Source: Nitrospira sp. (GTDB taxonomy: Bacteria; Nitrospirota; Thermodesulfovibrionia; Thermodesulfovibrionales; SM23-35). From it: a stretch of DNA of 39,425 nucleotides. Each line of letters starts with the position of its first letter. Within the stretch, counting starts at the first letter, position 1. The notes beneath the pieces were generated by a model, which had not been told where the DNA came from, searched no databases, and saw only the letters and a program-made list of their open reading frames with translations. Below, piece after piece: positions 17,430 to 26,815 of the stretch. The position numbers and the translations under genes are program-made. The stretch is taken from positions 1 through 39,425 of the forward strand of contig VGWY01000001.1 of assembly GCA_016873575.1 (NCBI GenBank), written 5' to 3'.

Positions 17430-17960
17430 ATGATCCACGGAACCACGATATTATGTGTAAGGCGTGATGGCAAGGTTGCTATTGGTGGGGATGGACAGAT
17501 TACGATGGGGAATACCATCCTGAAACACAATGCAAAAAAGATTCGGAAGATGTACGGGGAAAGGGTCCTTGCCGGATTTTCAGGTGCAACTGCGGATGCA
17601 CTGACGTTATTCGAAAAATTTGAAGGCAAGCTTGAATCGTACAGAGGGAATATCACCAGAGCTGCTGTTGAACTTGCAAAAGACTGGAGAACAGATAAGG
17701 TTTTAAGGAGGCTTGAAGCCCTTCTGATAGTTGCTGATATGGAACATACCCTTATCATATCAGGAACAGGTGATGTTATAGAACCTGAAGAAGGGGTAGC
17801 TGCCATGGGTTCAGGAGGTCCCTTTGCTCAGGCATCAGCAAGGGCACTGTATGAAAATACATCACTTTCTGCAAGGGAGATTGTTGAGAAATCTATGAAG
17901 ATTACTGCGGATATCTGCATCTTTACAAATGAAAATATCACCATAGAGGAGCTTCTATAA
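17430..17960 (+). CDS. hslV: ATP-dependent protease subunit HslV
   Basis: [23 protein letters not shown] with catalytic Thr after a short propeptide. The track start at 17382 extends into the repeat region. Confidence 0.9.
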   Translation: MIHGTTILCVRRDGKVAIGGDGQITMGNTILKHNAKKIRKMYGERVLAGFSGATADALTLFEKFEGKLESYRGNITRAAVELAKDWRTDKVLRRLEALLIVADMEHTLIISGTGDVIEPEEGVAAMGSGGPFAQASARALYENTSLSAREIVEKSMKITADICIFTNENITIEELL

Positions 17961-17963
17961 ATT

Positions 17964-19304
17964 ATGGAAAATCTTACTCCGAGGAAGATAGTCGAAGAGC
18001 TTGATAAATACATTATAGGACAGAACAAAGCGAAGAAGGCAGTTGCAATCGCAATGCGGAATCGGTGGAGAAGGCAGAGGCTTTCTCCTGAATTGAAGGA
18101 TGAGGTTCTGCCAAAGAATATCATTATGATAGGTCCAACCGGTGTAGGCAAAACCGAGATTGCAAGGAGACTCTCACGACTCGCAAATGCACCGTTTGTT
18201 AAGGTGGAGGCATCGAAATTTACAGAAGTGGGGTATGTAGGCCGCGATGTAGAATCAATGGTACGCGACTTGACAGAAATTTCCATAAATATGGTGAAAT
18301 CAGAGCATGTAGAAAAGGTTCAGGAAAAGGCGAAAGGTCTTGCCGAAGAACGTATTCTTGATCTGTTACTCCCGCAGCCAAGAGCGGTAAAGGGCATTGG
18401 CGTTGAAGAGGAGGAAAGAGAAAAATATAAGGAAACAAGGGAACGGCTCAGAGATCAATTGCGAGCAGGGAAACTCGACAATAGATACGTTGACATCGAG
18501 GTGAAGGAGAAGATTATTCCTTTTGGTGTTGTATCAAATGTAGGGCTTGAAGATCTTGAGATAAATCTTAAGGAGATGCTTGGCAATTTTTTGCCTGAAA
18601 GGTCAAAGAGGAAAAAGGTAAAGATTTCCGAGGCGTTTCACATCTGTGTTCAGGAAGAGGCAAATAAACTCATAGATATAGATAAAGTGACCAAAGAAGC
18701 GATTGAAAAGGTTGAGCAGACAGGTATTATTTTCGTCGACGAGATAGATAAGATTGCAAGCAGGGGATATACTCATGGACCTGATGTATCACGTGAGGGT
18801 GTCCAGAGAGACCTCTTACCAATAGTTGAAGGATGTACAGTCACAACAAAACACGGCCCTGTCAAAACAGACCATATCCTTTTTATTGCAGCCGGAGCCT
18901 TCCATATGACAAAACCATCTGATCTTATACCTGAACTTCAGGGAAGGTTTCCTATAAGGGTAGAACTTGATGCACTTGGCAAAGAAGAGTTTGTCAGGAT
19001 ACTGACAGAACCGTATAACGCCTTGATTAAACAATATACCGCATTGCTCTTCACAGAAAATGTGGAGATAGGTTTTACAAAAGATGCAATAGACGAGATT
19101 GCTGATATTTCTGCACATGTAAATGAAAGGACCGAAAATATCGGTGCAAGAAGACTCCACACCGTCCTCGAAAAACTTCTTGAAGACATTTCCTTTGAAG
19201 CGCCTGAAAGAAAAAATGGAAAACTGGTGATAGACAGCAAGTATGTCAAAGGCAAGCTTAGTGAGATTGTGAAAGATGAGGATTTAAGCAGATATATCCT
19301 TTAA
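17964..19304 (+). CDS. hslU: ATP-dependent protease ATPase subunit HslU
   Basis: [19 protein letters not shown] and Walker [15 protein letters not shown]; IFVDEIDKI. Confidence 0.95.
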   Translation: MENLTPRKIVEELDKYIIGQNKAKKAVAIAMRNRWRRQRLSPELKDEVLPKNIIMIGPTGVGKTEIARRLSRLANAPFVKVEASKFTEVGYVGRDVESMVRDLTEISINMVKSEHVEKVQEKAKGLAEERILDLLLPQPRAVKGIGVEEEEREKYKETRERLRDQLRAGKLDNRYVDIEVKEKIIPFGVVSNVGLEDLEINLKEMLGNFLPERSKRKKVKISEAFHICVQEEANKLIDIDKVTKEAIEKVEQTGIIFVDEIDKIASRGYTHGPDVSREGVQRDLLPIVEGCTVTTKHGPVKTDHILFIAAGAFHMTKPSDLIPELQGRFPIRVELDALGKEEFVRILTEPYNALIKQYTALLFTENVEIGFTKDAIDEIADISAHVNERTENIGARRLHTVLEKLLEDISFEAPERKNGKLVIDSKYVKGKLSEIVKDEDLSRYIL

Positions 19305-19322
19305 GACAGTGACAAGTTACGA

Positions 19323-20051
19323 GTGAATAAAGACAGTTATACGTTCTACGTTACACGTTACACGTTAAAGACTAATAATTTCAGACCTTCAAAAAAGTTA
19401 GTATTACTCATTGCTCATTACTCATTGCTCATTACTGTTTTTATTCTTGCTTCCTGTACTACTTCACGCTATGAATCTTATCCAAAGGAATCTTATGTTG
19501 TTGCCTCATGGTATGGCTCTGAATTTCATGGCAAGCCAACCTCTTCTGGTGAGATATTTGATATGGATGCGCTCACCTGTGCTCATAGAGAGTATCCTTT
19601 TGGAACGAAGTTAAGAGTTACCAATATTTCAAACAACAAGACTGTCACCTGTACTGTGAATGACAGAGGTCCTTTTGTATCAGGAAGGAATCTGGATTTG
19701 TCGTATGCTGCAGCAAAAAAGATTGATCTGTTAAGCACTGGTAAAGTAAAAATCGAATACATAGGAAGAGACGCCAATTATGTTAAGGAAGTACGGTATC
19801 TATCAAATACAGGACCATTTACCGTCCAGGTTGGTTCTTTCAGAGAACATTCGAATGCTAACCGCCTCAAAATGGCGCTCGAACTAAAATACAGCAAGGT
19901 ATATATCATGCAGGCAGAGATTGATGGAGATACATACTACAGGGTTAGGATCGGCAGGTTTCCGACAAAGGATAGGGCGTATCGGCTTGCCAGGACCCTT
20001 GCTGATGAGGGATACGGGGCTTTGATAATGAATTATAATGAAAAGATATAA
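19323..20051 (+). CDS. rlpA: RlpA-family lipoprotein (DPBB plus SPOR domains), start uncertain
   Basis: Lipobox ILASC. ASWYGSEFHGKPTSSGE...NDRGPF is the DPBB domain. C-terminal FTVQVGSF...YRVRIGRF is the SPOR domain. The only canonical in-frame start is GTG 19323. Confidence 0.8.
   Translation: MNKDSYTFYVTRYTLKTNNFRPSKKLVLLIAHYSLLITVFILASCTTSRYESYPKESYVVASWYGSEFHGKPTSSGEIFDMDALTCAHREYPFGTKLRVTNISNNKTVTCTVNDRGPFVSGRNLDLSYAAAKKIDLLSTGKVKIEYIGRDANYVKEVRYLSNTGPFTVQVGSFREHSNANRLKMALELKYSKVYIMQAEIDGDTYYRVRIGRFPTKDRAYRLARTLADEGYGALIMNYNEKI
19341..19437 (+). repeat. Tandem microrepeats inside the rlpA 5' end
   Basis: About four 7-mers of acgttac type at 19341-19368, and about 2.5 copies of the 14-mer attactcattgctc at 19403-19437. 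Confidence 0.8.
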
Positions 20052-20069
20052 ATTGAAAGTTTTGATATA

Positions 20070-20996
20070 ATGAGTGAGTTTAAAGAGGAGATTCTGATGG
20101 GAAAGCTTCTTTTAAACCCTGATAAATTCTTTGATATTCTGAACACGATCCTTTCAACCCTCGAAATGAATGAACTCCTCACTACAGTCGTCGAGGAGAT
20201 TCAGTCTATCATCAAGGCCGACCGATGCACCCTTTACCTGATTGACAGGGAAAGCAATGAATTATATTCAAAGGTCCTCCAGGCAGACAGCCTTGTAGAA
20301 ATTCGCATGCCTCTCACAAAGAACAGTCTTGCAGGGTTTTCGGCTATAACAAGAAGGGTTGTCAATGTGAAGGATGCCCATGATGACTCAGAGCTCAAGG
20401 CAATTGACAAAGAACTTTCTTTTGACAAAAGATGGGATAAAAAGAGCGGATACAGGACAAAAAGCGTATTGGTCATGCCCATTCCTGCAAAGATGCATGG
20501 CGAGATTATTGGTGTGTTTCAGGCATTAAATTCATCCTGTGGATTTACAGATGTTGACGTAGGCATTGTGGAACAGTTCTCATATCTGCTTGGCATTGCC
20601 GTCAAGAATGCCCTTTTATATCAGATCATCGAAGAAGAGAAGAAACTGAAGGATTATATCATTGATGATATTGACGAGGGTGTCTGTATTATCGATACAA
20701 AGAAAAGGGTTATCTCTGCAAACCGGTTTCTTGAGGTTATGAGTGGAAAAAGGTATCCTGTTCAGGAAATGATTGGAGAATATTTTTATGATATTTTCCC
20801 TAACCTAAAAAATACACAGCTTGAAGAAAAGATGAACGAAGTGCTTCTCTACGGATTTAAAAAGGTGGCATTATTAGAAGTGCTCGAGGTGAAAATCATC
20901 CCGTATCATGATGATACAGGAAGGGTGAAAAGACTGATACTCATCTTTACTCCGTTAGAAAGCAGGAGCCGTCCTGATAGCGAGGGGAGAGGTTGA
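20070..20996 (+). CDS. GAF plus PAS sensor protein without an output domain
   Basis: GAF-like LLTTVVEEIQSIIKADRCTLYLID...VLVMPI. PAS-like IDEGVCIIDTKKRVISANRFLEVMSG. Confidence 0.65.
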   Translation: MSEFKEEILMGKLLLNPDKFFDILNTILSTLEMNELLTTVVEEIQSIIKADRCTLYLIDRESNELYSKVLQADSLVEIRMPLTKNSLAGFSAITRRVVNVKDAHDDSELKAIDKELSFDKRWDKKSGYRTKSVLVMPIPAKMHGEIIGVFQALNSSCGFTDVDVGIVEQFSYLLGIAVKNALLYQIIEEEKKLKDYIIDDIDEGVCIIDTKKRVISANRFLEVMSGKRYPVQEMIGEYFYDIFPNLKNTQLEEKMNEVLLYGFKKVALLEVLEVKIIPYHDDTGRVKRLILIFTPLESRSRPDSEGRG

Positions 20997-21009
20997 GGTT
21001 TACGAGGAT

Positions 21010-22746
21010 ATGGTGACTTCAAGGAAACCGTCAGGAAAGAGTTTTGAAGAACTTCTTGTAGAAAGGAACCTCCTGACCAAAGAAAAACTGCAGGAGCTTC
21101 TGACAAGATCTCTGAGAGAAAAGAGGGGCATCGAACAACTGCTCATGGAGAGTGGTTTCTCTGAGGAGAAATTAGCTTCTGTAAAGGCTGAATACCTCGG
21201 ATATGAATTTGTGGATCTCTCTTCGTATCCGCAACCCCCGTTAGAATTGCTGAAGTATATTAAACCTGCCTATGCAAAAAATTATAAAGTGTTACCGATA
21301 AAGTATGAAGACGAATCACTGACTGTTGCAATGGTAGAGCCCAGGGATTTTATCGCACTTGAAGAGGTTGTCCGGCATTATAGAGAATCAAGATTCAGGA
21401 TACGAGATGTCAAGGTGGTGATGACCACATCAAAACAACTCTTTTCATCCATTGATAAATTTTATGTAGGTCCAAAGGAAGAAGTTGAGATGAAAAGTAT
21501 CCTGACCAGGGTGGCAGAGAGCTTTAAACCAGAAGTAGAGGTTGCTGATGTAACAAGGGAGGATGCTACTGAAAATAGCGGCCCCATTGTAATGCTTGCG
21601 AACAAGATCATTGAAGAGGCATTTAAAAAACGGACCAGTGACATTCACCTTGAACCTGCTCTTGATCACATGAGGGTAAGATACCGTATTGATGGAGAAC
21701 TTGCCGAGGTAATGGTCGTCCCAAGATATGCTCAAGATGCACTTGTAACGAGACTAAAAATAATGTGTGATATGAGGATAGATGAAAGGCGACAGCCTCA
21801 GGATGGAAGGATAGACTTTACGAAATATAATCCACTGATTACGATAGATCTTCGTGTTTCGACAGTACCCACGCCCAATGGAGAAGATGTGGTCATGAGG
21901 ATACTTGATAAAAAGAGCTCTATTCTTTCACTGGATATGCTCGGCTTTAACGAACACAATATGAAATTGTACAAAGAGGCTATCAATTCGCCCTATGGCA
22001 TTATGCTTCACGTTGGCCCCACAGGGAGTGGAAAGACAACGGCCCTTTATGCTGCCCTGAAGTCCCTAGATACCCCTGATGTGAAAATTGTTACAGCAGA
22101 AGATCCTGTTGAATATACACTCGGAGGTAAGATAATACAAAGCAACATTAATCCTGTTGCAGGATATACCTTTGCAAAGGCAATCAGGGCATTTATGAGA
22201 CATGATCCTGATATTATCCTCATTGGCGAGATTAGAGATCTGGAGACTGCCAAAACTGCTGTTGAGGCATCTCTTACCGGACATCTTGTCTTCTCCACCC
22301 TTCACACAAATGATGCTGTTGGAACAGTGACGAGGCTCACAGAGATGGGTATAGAACCCTACCTTGTTGCAGACTCCTTACTTCTGGTATGTGCACAAAG
22401 GCTTTTGAGGCGGATATGCCCTAAGTGCAAAAAATCTTATATCGTGACAAATGAAGAAATAGAGTTAGCAAAAGGTGACATAAAAACCGGGACTCCCCTT
22501 TATAAGGGTGAAGGGTGTAGTGCCTGTGAAGGATCAGGGTATAAGGGAAGAATAGGGATATACGAGATCCTTTCGATGAACAGAAGGTTGAGAAATCTCC
22601 TGATAAAGAGTGCTGGTACCGATGAATTAAGGAAGGTAGCCATAGAGTCAGATATGAAGACATTACGCCATGATGCCATAGAAAAGGCTTTAATCGGCGT
22701 TACAACTCTTGAAGAGGTTCTTTCAACCACCCTGGCAGAACAATAA
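21010..22746 (+). CDS. GspE/PilB-family secretion or type IV pilus ATPase
   Basis: T2SSE N-terminal domain, Walker A GPTGSGKTT, Asp box, Walker B ILIGEIRD, His box TGHLVFSTLHTN, and tetracysteine CPKC...CSACEGSGYKGR. Confidence 0.9.
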   Translation: MVTSRKPSGKSFEELLVERNLLTKEKLQELLTRSLREKRGIEQLLMESGFSEEKLASVKAEYLGYEFVDLSSYPQPPLELLKYIKPAYAKNYKVLPIKYEDESLTVAMVEPRDFIALEEVVRHYRESRFRIRDVKVVMTTSKQLFSSIDKFYVGPKEEVEMKSILTRVAESFKPEVEVADVTREDATENSGPIVMLANKIIEEAFKKRTSDIHLEPALDHMRVRYRIDGELAEVMVVPRYAQDALVTRLKIMCDMRIDERRQPQDGRIDFTKYNPLITIDLRVSTVPTPNGEDVVMRILDKKSSILSLDMLGFNEHNMKLYKEAINSPYGIMLHVGPTGSGKTTALYAALKSLDTPDVKIVTAEDPVEYTLGGKIIQSNINPVAGYTFAKAIRAFMRHDPDIILIGEIRDLETAKTAVEASLTGHLVFSTLHTNDAVGTVTRLTEMGIEPYLVADSLLLVCAQRLLRRICPKCKKSYIVTNEEIELAKGDIKTGTPLYKGEGCSACEGSGYKGRIGIYEILSMNRRLRNLLIKSAGTDELRKVAIESDMKTLRHDAIEKALIGVTTLEEVLSTTLAEQ

Positions 22747-22850
22747 TCTATTCATAGATGCATGATCGGCTATAAAAAGACCTTACCTGACCCCCCTCCA
22801 AAGAAGGAACTTAGCATCAAATGGATATAGTCCTTGAGCGAAGAAAGGGT

Positions 22851-22880
22851 TTGAATTTCTTAATATTTTTGAGGTATTAT
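22851..22880 (+). promoter_or_regulatory. Possible sigma70 promoter for ppdK
   Basis: TTGAAT (22851-22856), an 18-nt spacer, then TATTAT (22875-22880). Confidence 0.3.
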
Positions 22881-22918
22881 GTCTAAATCTGCAAAAATTT
22901 TATCAGGAGGATATCACA

Positions 22919-25588
22919 ATGGCTAAGAAGGCAGTTAAGAAATATGTTTACTTCTTTGGTAGCGGAAAGGCTGATGGAAGAGGAGACATGAAAGACCTTC
23001 TCGGTGGCAAAGGGGCTGGACTCGCAGAGATGACTAATTTAAAAATACCAGTTCCTGCAGGGTTTACCATTACCACCGAAGCCTGTAATGAATATTTTAA
23101 AGCCGGGAAAAAATATCCACCTGGTATGTTGGAACAGGTGCTTGCGAATCTCAAGAAAGTAGAAAAGGCTATGGGAATGAAATTAGGTGATCCTGTTAAT
23201 CCGCTCCTGGTTTCTGTCCGTTCAGGGGCAAAATTCTCCATGCCGGGCATGATGGATACTGTACTAAACCTCGGACTCAATGAAACGACAATAAATGCAC
23301 TGATAAAAAAGACAGGCAATGAACGCTTTGTTTATGATGCATACAGAAGGCTTATTACCATGTTTGGAAGTATTGTTATGGGTATGGATAGACAGAGGTT
23401 CGAAAAAGTACTTGAGGAGATGAAGGGAAAGAAAGGAGTTCGTCTTGATACTGAATTGTCGGCTAATGACCTGAAAGAGCTTGTTGAAGAATTCAAGATT
23501 ATTTATAGAAGGGGTACAGGAGAAGACTTTCCAACCGATCCCTTAGAACAACTGAAAAAGACTATTAACGCAGTATTTGGGTCGTGGTTTGGAGACAGGG
23601 CGGTAAAATACAGAAAATTAAACGATATCCCTGACAATCTCGGTACAGCATGTAATATTCAGTCAATGGTGTTTGGAAACCTTGGTGATAATTCGGGAAC
23701 AGGAGTTGGCTTTACCAGAGACCCATCAACAGGCCGGAAGAGCTTTTTTGCAGAATGTCTTATCAATGCACAGGGTGAGGATGTTGTTGCAGGCATCAGA
23801 ACCCCTCTCCGTATAGAAGAGCTCAAGAAGAGGCTCCCAAAGGCATATAAGGAGCTTGATACGATATACAAGAAACTCGAAAAGCACTATAAGGATATGC
23901 TGGATATAGAATTTACTGTCCAGGAAGGTAAGCTCTACATGCTTCAGACAAGGGTGGGGAAAAGGACGGCAGCAGCATCCCTTAAGATAGCTATTGATAT
24001 GGTAAAAGAGAAATTGATAGATAAAAAGACAGCCATATTGAGAATCGATCCCCAACAGCTTGACCAGTTGCTTCATCCCACGATAGACCCGGAAGCTCAG
24101 ATTAAGGTGATTGCAAAGGGGCTTCCTGCATCACCTGGTGCTGCTGTTGGAAAGGTGGTATTTACAGCAGAGGATGCAGAAAATGCTGCGGAGAAAGCTG
24201 GAAAGGTCATCCTTGTCAGGACTGAAACCTCACCAGAAGATATTGGTGGAATGCATGCTGCACAGGGAATCCTCACAGCAAGGGGAGGCATGACATCCCA
24301 TGCAGCAGTTGTTGCAAGGGGAATGGGAAAATGCTGTGTTGCAGGATGCGGCGCAATCAATATCAATGAGGTTCAGAAATATTTTACTGTTAATGATCTT
24401 GTCATCAAGGAAGGCGATTATATCACCCTTGATGGAACAACAGGCGAGGTAATTCTTGGTGAGGCACCTCTCGTAACACCCAAACTTACCAGTGATTTTG
24501 GCATATTTATGAACTGGGTTGATGGGTTCAGAAAGATCGGTGTCAGGGCAAATGCTGACACAACGCATGATTCTGAAGTAGCAAGGAATTTTGGAGCCGA
24601 AGGGATTGGCCTCTGCAGAACGGAACATATGTTCTTTGAACCGGAGAGAATAAGTGCTGTCAGAGAGATGATACTTGCTGATGATACGGATGGAAGGAAA
24701 AAGGCTCTTGCAAAACTCCTTCCTATGCAGAAAAGTGACTTTATCGGAATATTTAAGGCAATGAAAGGGCTTCCGGTTACCATCAGACTTCTTGACCCTC
24801 CACTTCATGAATTTCTTCCCCATACAGATGAAGAATTGAGGGCATTAGCTGCTTCTATGGAAGTCCCTGTTGAAAAGCTGAGGGCAAGAAATAAGTCATT
24901 GCAAGAATCTAATCCAATGCTTGGGCACAGAGGATGTCGGCTTGGTATAACATATCCTGAGATATACGAGATGCAGGTAAAAGCAATTATTGAGGCAGCG
25001 TGTGAGCTTTCAAAACAAAAGGTAAAGGTAATACCTGAAATCATGATACCGCTTATTGGCCATGTCAATGAACTGAAAATGATGCGAGAACTTACCGTGA
25101 ATGTAGCAGAAGGGGTTCAGAAAGAATATAAAACAAAGGTCAGCTATACCGTTGGAACCATGATAGAACTTCCAAGGGCTGCGATAACAGCAGATGAGAT
25201 AGCAACGCAGGCAGACTTTTTCTCCTTTGGAACCAATGACCTTACGCAGACTAACTTTGGACTCTCAAGGGACGATGCGGGCAGATTTCTCCCGTATTAT
25301 GTTGAAAAGGGGATTCTTGAGGATGACCCATTTATCACACTCGATCAGAGTGGTACCGGACTCCTCATGAAGTTAGCAGTCGAAAAGGCTCGAAAGGTAA
25401 AGAAAAACCTTAAAATGGGAATCTGTGGTGAACATGGAGGTGATCCGAAATCTGTTGAGTTCTGTCATCAGATAGGCTTGAACTATGTGAGTTGTTCTCC
25501 ATACAGGGTTCCCCTTGCAAGACTCGCAGCAGCTCAGGCTGCTTTAAAGGAGAAGACAAAAAAGGACTTTAGTAAGTCAACAGTGTAA
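22919..25588 (+). CDS. ppdK: Pyruvate, phosphate dikinase
   Basis: 889 aa. KYVYFFG...GGKGAGLAEM, phospho-His loop GGMTSHAAVVARG, and C-terminal PEP-utilising domain GICGE. Confidence 0.95.
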   Translation: MAKKAVKKYVYFFGSGKADGRGDMKDLLGGKGAGLAEMTNLKIPVPAGFTITTEACNEYFKAGKKYPPGMLEQVLANLKKVEKAMGMKLGDPVNPLLVSVRSGAKFSMPGMMDTVLNLGLNETTINALIKKTGNERFVYDAYRRLITMFGSIVMGMDRQRFEKVLEEMKGKKGVRLDTELSANDLKELVEEFKIIYRRGTGEDFPTDPLEQLKKTINAVFGSWFGDRAVKYRKLNDIPDNLGTACNIQSMVFGNLGDNSGTGVGFTRDPSTGRKSFFAECLINAQGEDVVAGIRTPLRIEELKKRLPKAYKELDTIYKKLEKHYKDMLDIEFTVQEGKLYMLQTRVGKRTAAASLKIAIDMVKEKLIDKKTAILRIDPQQLDQLLHPTIDPEAQIKVIAKGLPASPGAAVGKVVFTAEDAENAAEKAGKVILVRTETSPEDIGGMHAAQGILTARGGMTSHAAVVARGMGKCCVAGCGAININEVQKYFTVNDLVIKEGDYITLDGTTGEVILGEAPLVTPKLTSDFGIFMNWVDGFRKIGVRANADTTHDSEVARNFGAEGIGLCRTEHMFFEPERISAVREMILADDTDGRKKALAKLLPMQKSDFIGIFKAMKGLPVTIRLLDPPLHEFLPHTDEELRALAASMEVPVEKLRARNKSLQESNPMLGHRGCRLGITYPEIYEMQVKAIIEAACELSKQKVKVIPEIMIPLIGHVNELKMMRELTVNVAEGVQKEYKTKVSYTVGTMIELPRAAITADEIATQADFFSFGTNDLTQTNFGLSRDDAGRFLPYYVEKGILEDDPFITLDQSGTGLLMKLAVEKARKVKKNLKMGICGEHGGDPKSVEFCHQIGLNYVSCSPYRVPLARLAAAQAALKEKTKKDFSKSTV

Positions 25589-25607
25589 AGATAAAACCTA
25601 AGCGAAC

Positions 25608-25646
25608 AAAAAGACCTCACAATTCACATGGGGGTCTTTTTATTTT
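25608..25646 (+). terminator. Possible intrinsic terminator after ppdK
   Basis: aaaaagacc...ggtcttttt stem (9-11 bp, A/U-rich) followed by attttact. Confidence 0.4.
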
Positions 25647-25674
25647 ACTCAACTTTCGCAGATACTTTTTAATC

Positions 25675-25760
25675 GTCATTCCGCACTTGATGCGGAATCC
25701 AGGGTTTTCTGAGCGAACAGGGACCAAAGTTTTTCTCCTGGATTCCTGCTTCTGCAGGAA
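25675..25760. repeat. Family A hairpin repeats (two units)
   Basis: gtcattccgcacttgatgcggaatcc (25675-25700) and ggattcctgcttctgcaggaa (25740-25760). A half-site cgcaggaatga lies at about 25863-25873. Confidence 0.75.
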
Positions 25761-25804
25761 ACAATACGACCCAATGGCTCATAAATGAGGATGAAAATTT
25801 ATTA

Positions 25805-25849
25805 ATCCCCCTATTCCCTCCTTTAGAAAAGGGGGGTTAGGGGGGATTT
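25805..25849. repeat. Family F repeat, copy 2
   Basis: ccctcctttagaaaaggggggttaggggggattt matches 54-88. Confidence 0.7.
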
Positions 25850-25896
25850 GAAATGTTATTTTCGCAGGAATGATATATTAGTGAGGGGGCTGTATT

Positions 25897-26436
25897 TTGG
25901 AGGACAGAGAGAAGTTAATAACGGAAAAGATAAAGGCAGAAGAACATGCTGAGATGATACAACTTGACGGGATAAAACAAAAGGTATGGGATATTCTCAC
26001 AAAGGAAAAGGATTTTCATCCCGAAGAGATAGAAATAGATCCCACGTTCCAGTTAGTTCTCAGTGATAGAGAGATTACAGCGAGTATAGAGTTTGTTATC
26101 AATCTTCCTGCAGCAAGCTTTATGGTAATAAAATGTACACCAACATCAATAGAGTCATGGGAACGATATGTTATTGCTTTTGCAAGGGTAATAAAGGACT
26201 ATCAGATTCCGTATGCTATGGTTACTGATGGAGATCGTGCAAGGATAATGGATGTCCTGAAAGGTTCTCTGGTAGGTGAATCTATAGAAGGTCTTTTCCA
26301 TCGGCAGGAAGCATTGAACAGAATGAAGGATTTTCAGAAGATCCCCTGCCCCGAAGAGAGGCTTGAAAGGGGAAAAAGGATAGTATATGCATTTGAAGGG
26401 ATCAAATGCCCTACAGTTAAAGATACTCAAGATTAA
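25897..26436 (+). CDS. HsdR_N-like (PD-(D/E)xK fold) protein, TTG start uncertain
   Basis: The pattern ...SIEFVINL...FMVIKC...YAMVTDGDRARIMD resembles the E-x-K core and the TNG-like strand of the type I restriction enzyme R N-terminal-like family. This is from memory. Confidence 0.45.
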   Translation: MEDREKLITEKIKAEEHAEMIQLDGIKQKVWDILTKEKDFHPEEIEIDPTFQLVLSDREITASIEFVINLPAASFMVIKCTPTSIESWERYVIAFARVIKDYQIPYAMVTDGDRARIMDVLKGSLVGESIEGLFHRQEALNRMKDFQKIPCPEERLERGKRIVYAFEGIKCPTVKDTQD

Positions 26437-26545
26437 CCGGAAGAATGCATGATGTGGATTCGATCTGTTCTGCGATTATCTTTACAGAAACAAGGATTAT
26501 GTGGTATTGTTAAAAGCATAACATTATGTGAAAGGTGGTGAATAA

Positions 26546-26815
26546 ATGGCAATTGATAAGGTCCATAAACAAGAAATAGTGAGTAGTTTCAGGGTTCATG
26601 ATACCGATACTGGTTCTCCTGAAGTGCAGATTGCTTTACTGAGCAAGAGGATAGACTACCTAACCGAACATTTCAAGATCCATAAGAAAGATCATCACTC
26701 AAGGGTGGGTTTATTGAAGCTGGTTAGCCAGAGGAGGAGATTGCTTGACTATCTCAGAGCTGTAAACAGGCAGCGATATGAAAAAATGATTGAAAGGTTA
26801 GGACTCAGAAAATAA
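26546..26815 (+). CDS. rpsO: 30S ribosomal protein S15
   Basis: [39 protein letters not shown]. Confidence 0.95.
   Translation: MAIDKVHKQEIVSSFRVHDTDTGSPEVQIALLSKRIDYLTEHFKIHKKDHHSRVGLLKLVSQRRRLLDYLRAVNRQRYEKMIERLGLRK

Noticed and set aside
21010-21300. MshEN-type c-di-GMP binding motif in the PilB-like N-terminal domain
   Set aside because: The candidate stretch SFEELLVERNLLTKEKLQELL lacks the conserved RLG...G...L...Q residues as I remember the motif. I treated it as an ordinary T2SSE_N domain.
24230-24823. Long antisense ORFs inside conserved genes (for example 24230..24823 in ppdK, 17315..17806 in hslV, 27459..27932 in pnp, 12471..12902 in thiG, 9083..9484 in glnS, 36820..37179 in the hydrogenase large subunit)
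   Set aside because: They lack RBS and recognisable motifs and have low-complexity Ser/Pro/Ile-rich composition. Each lies fully within a strongly supported gene on the opposite strand, which is typical of shadow ORFs.
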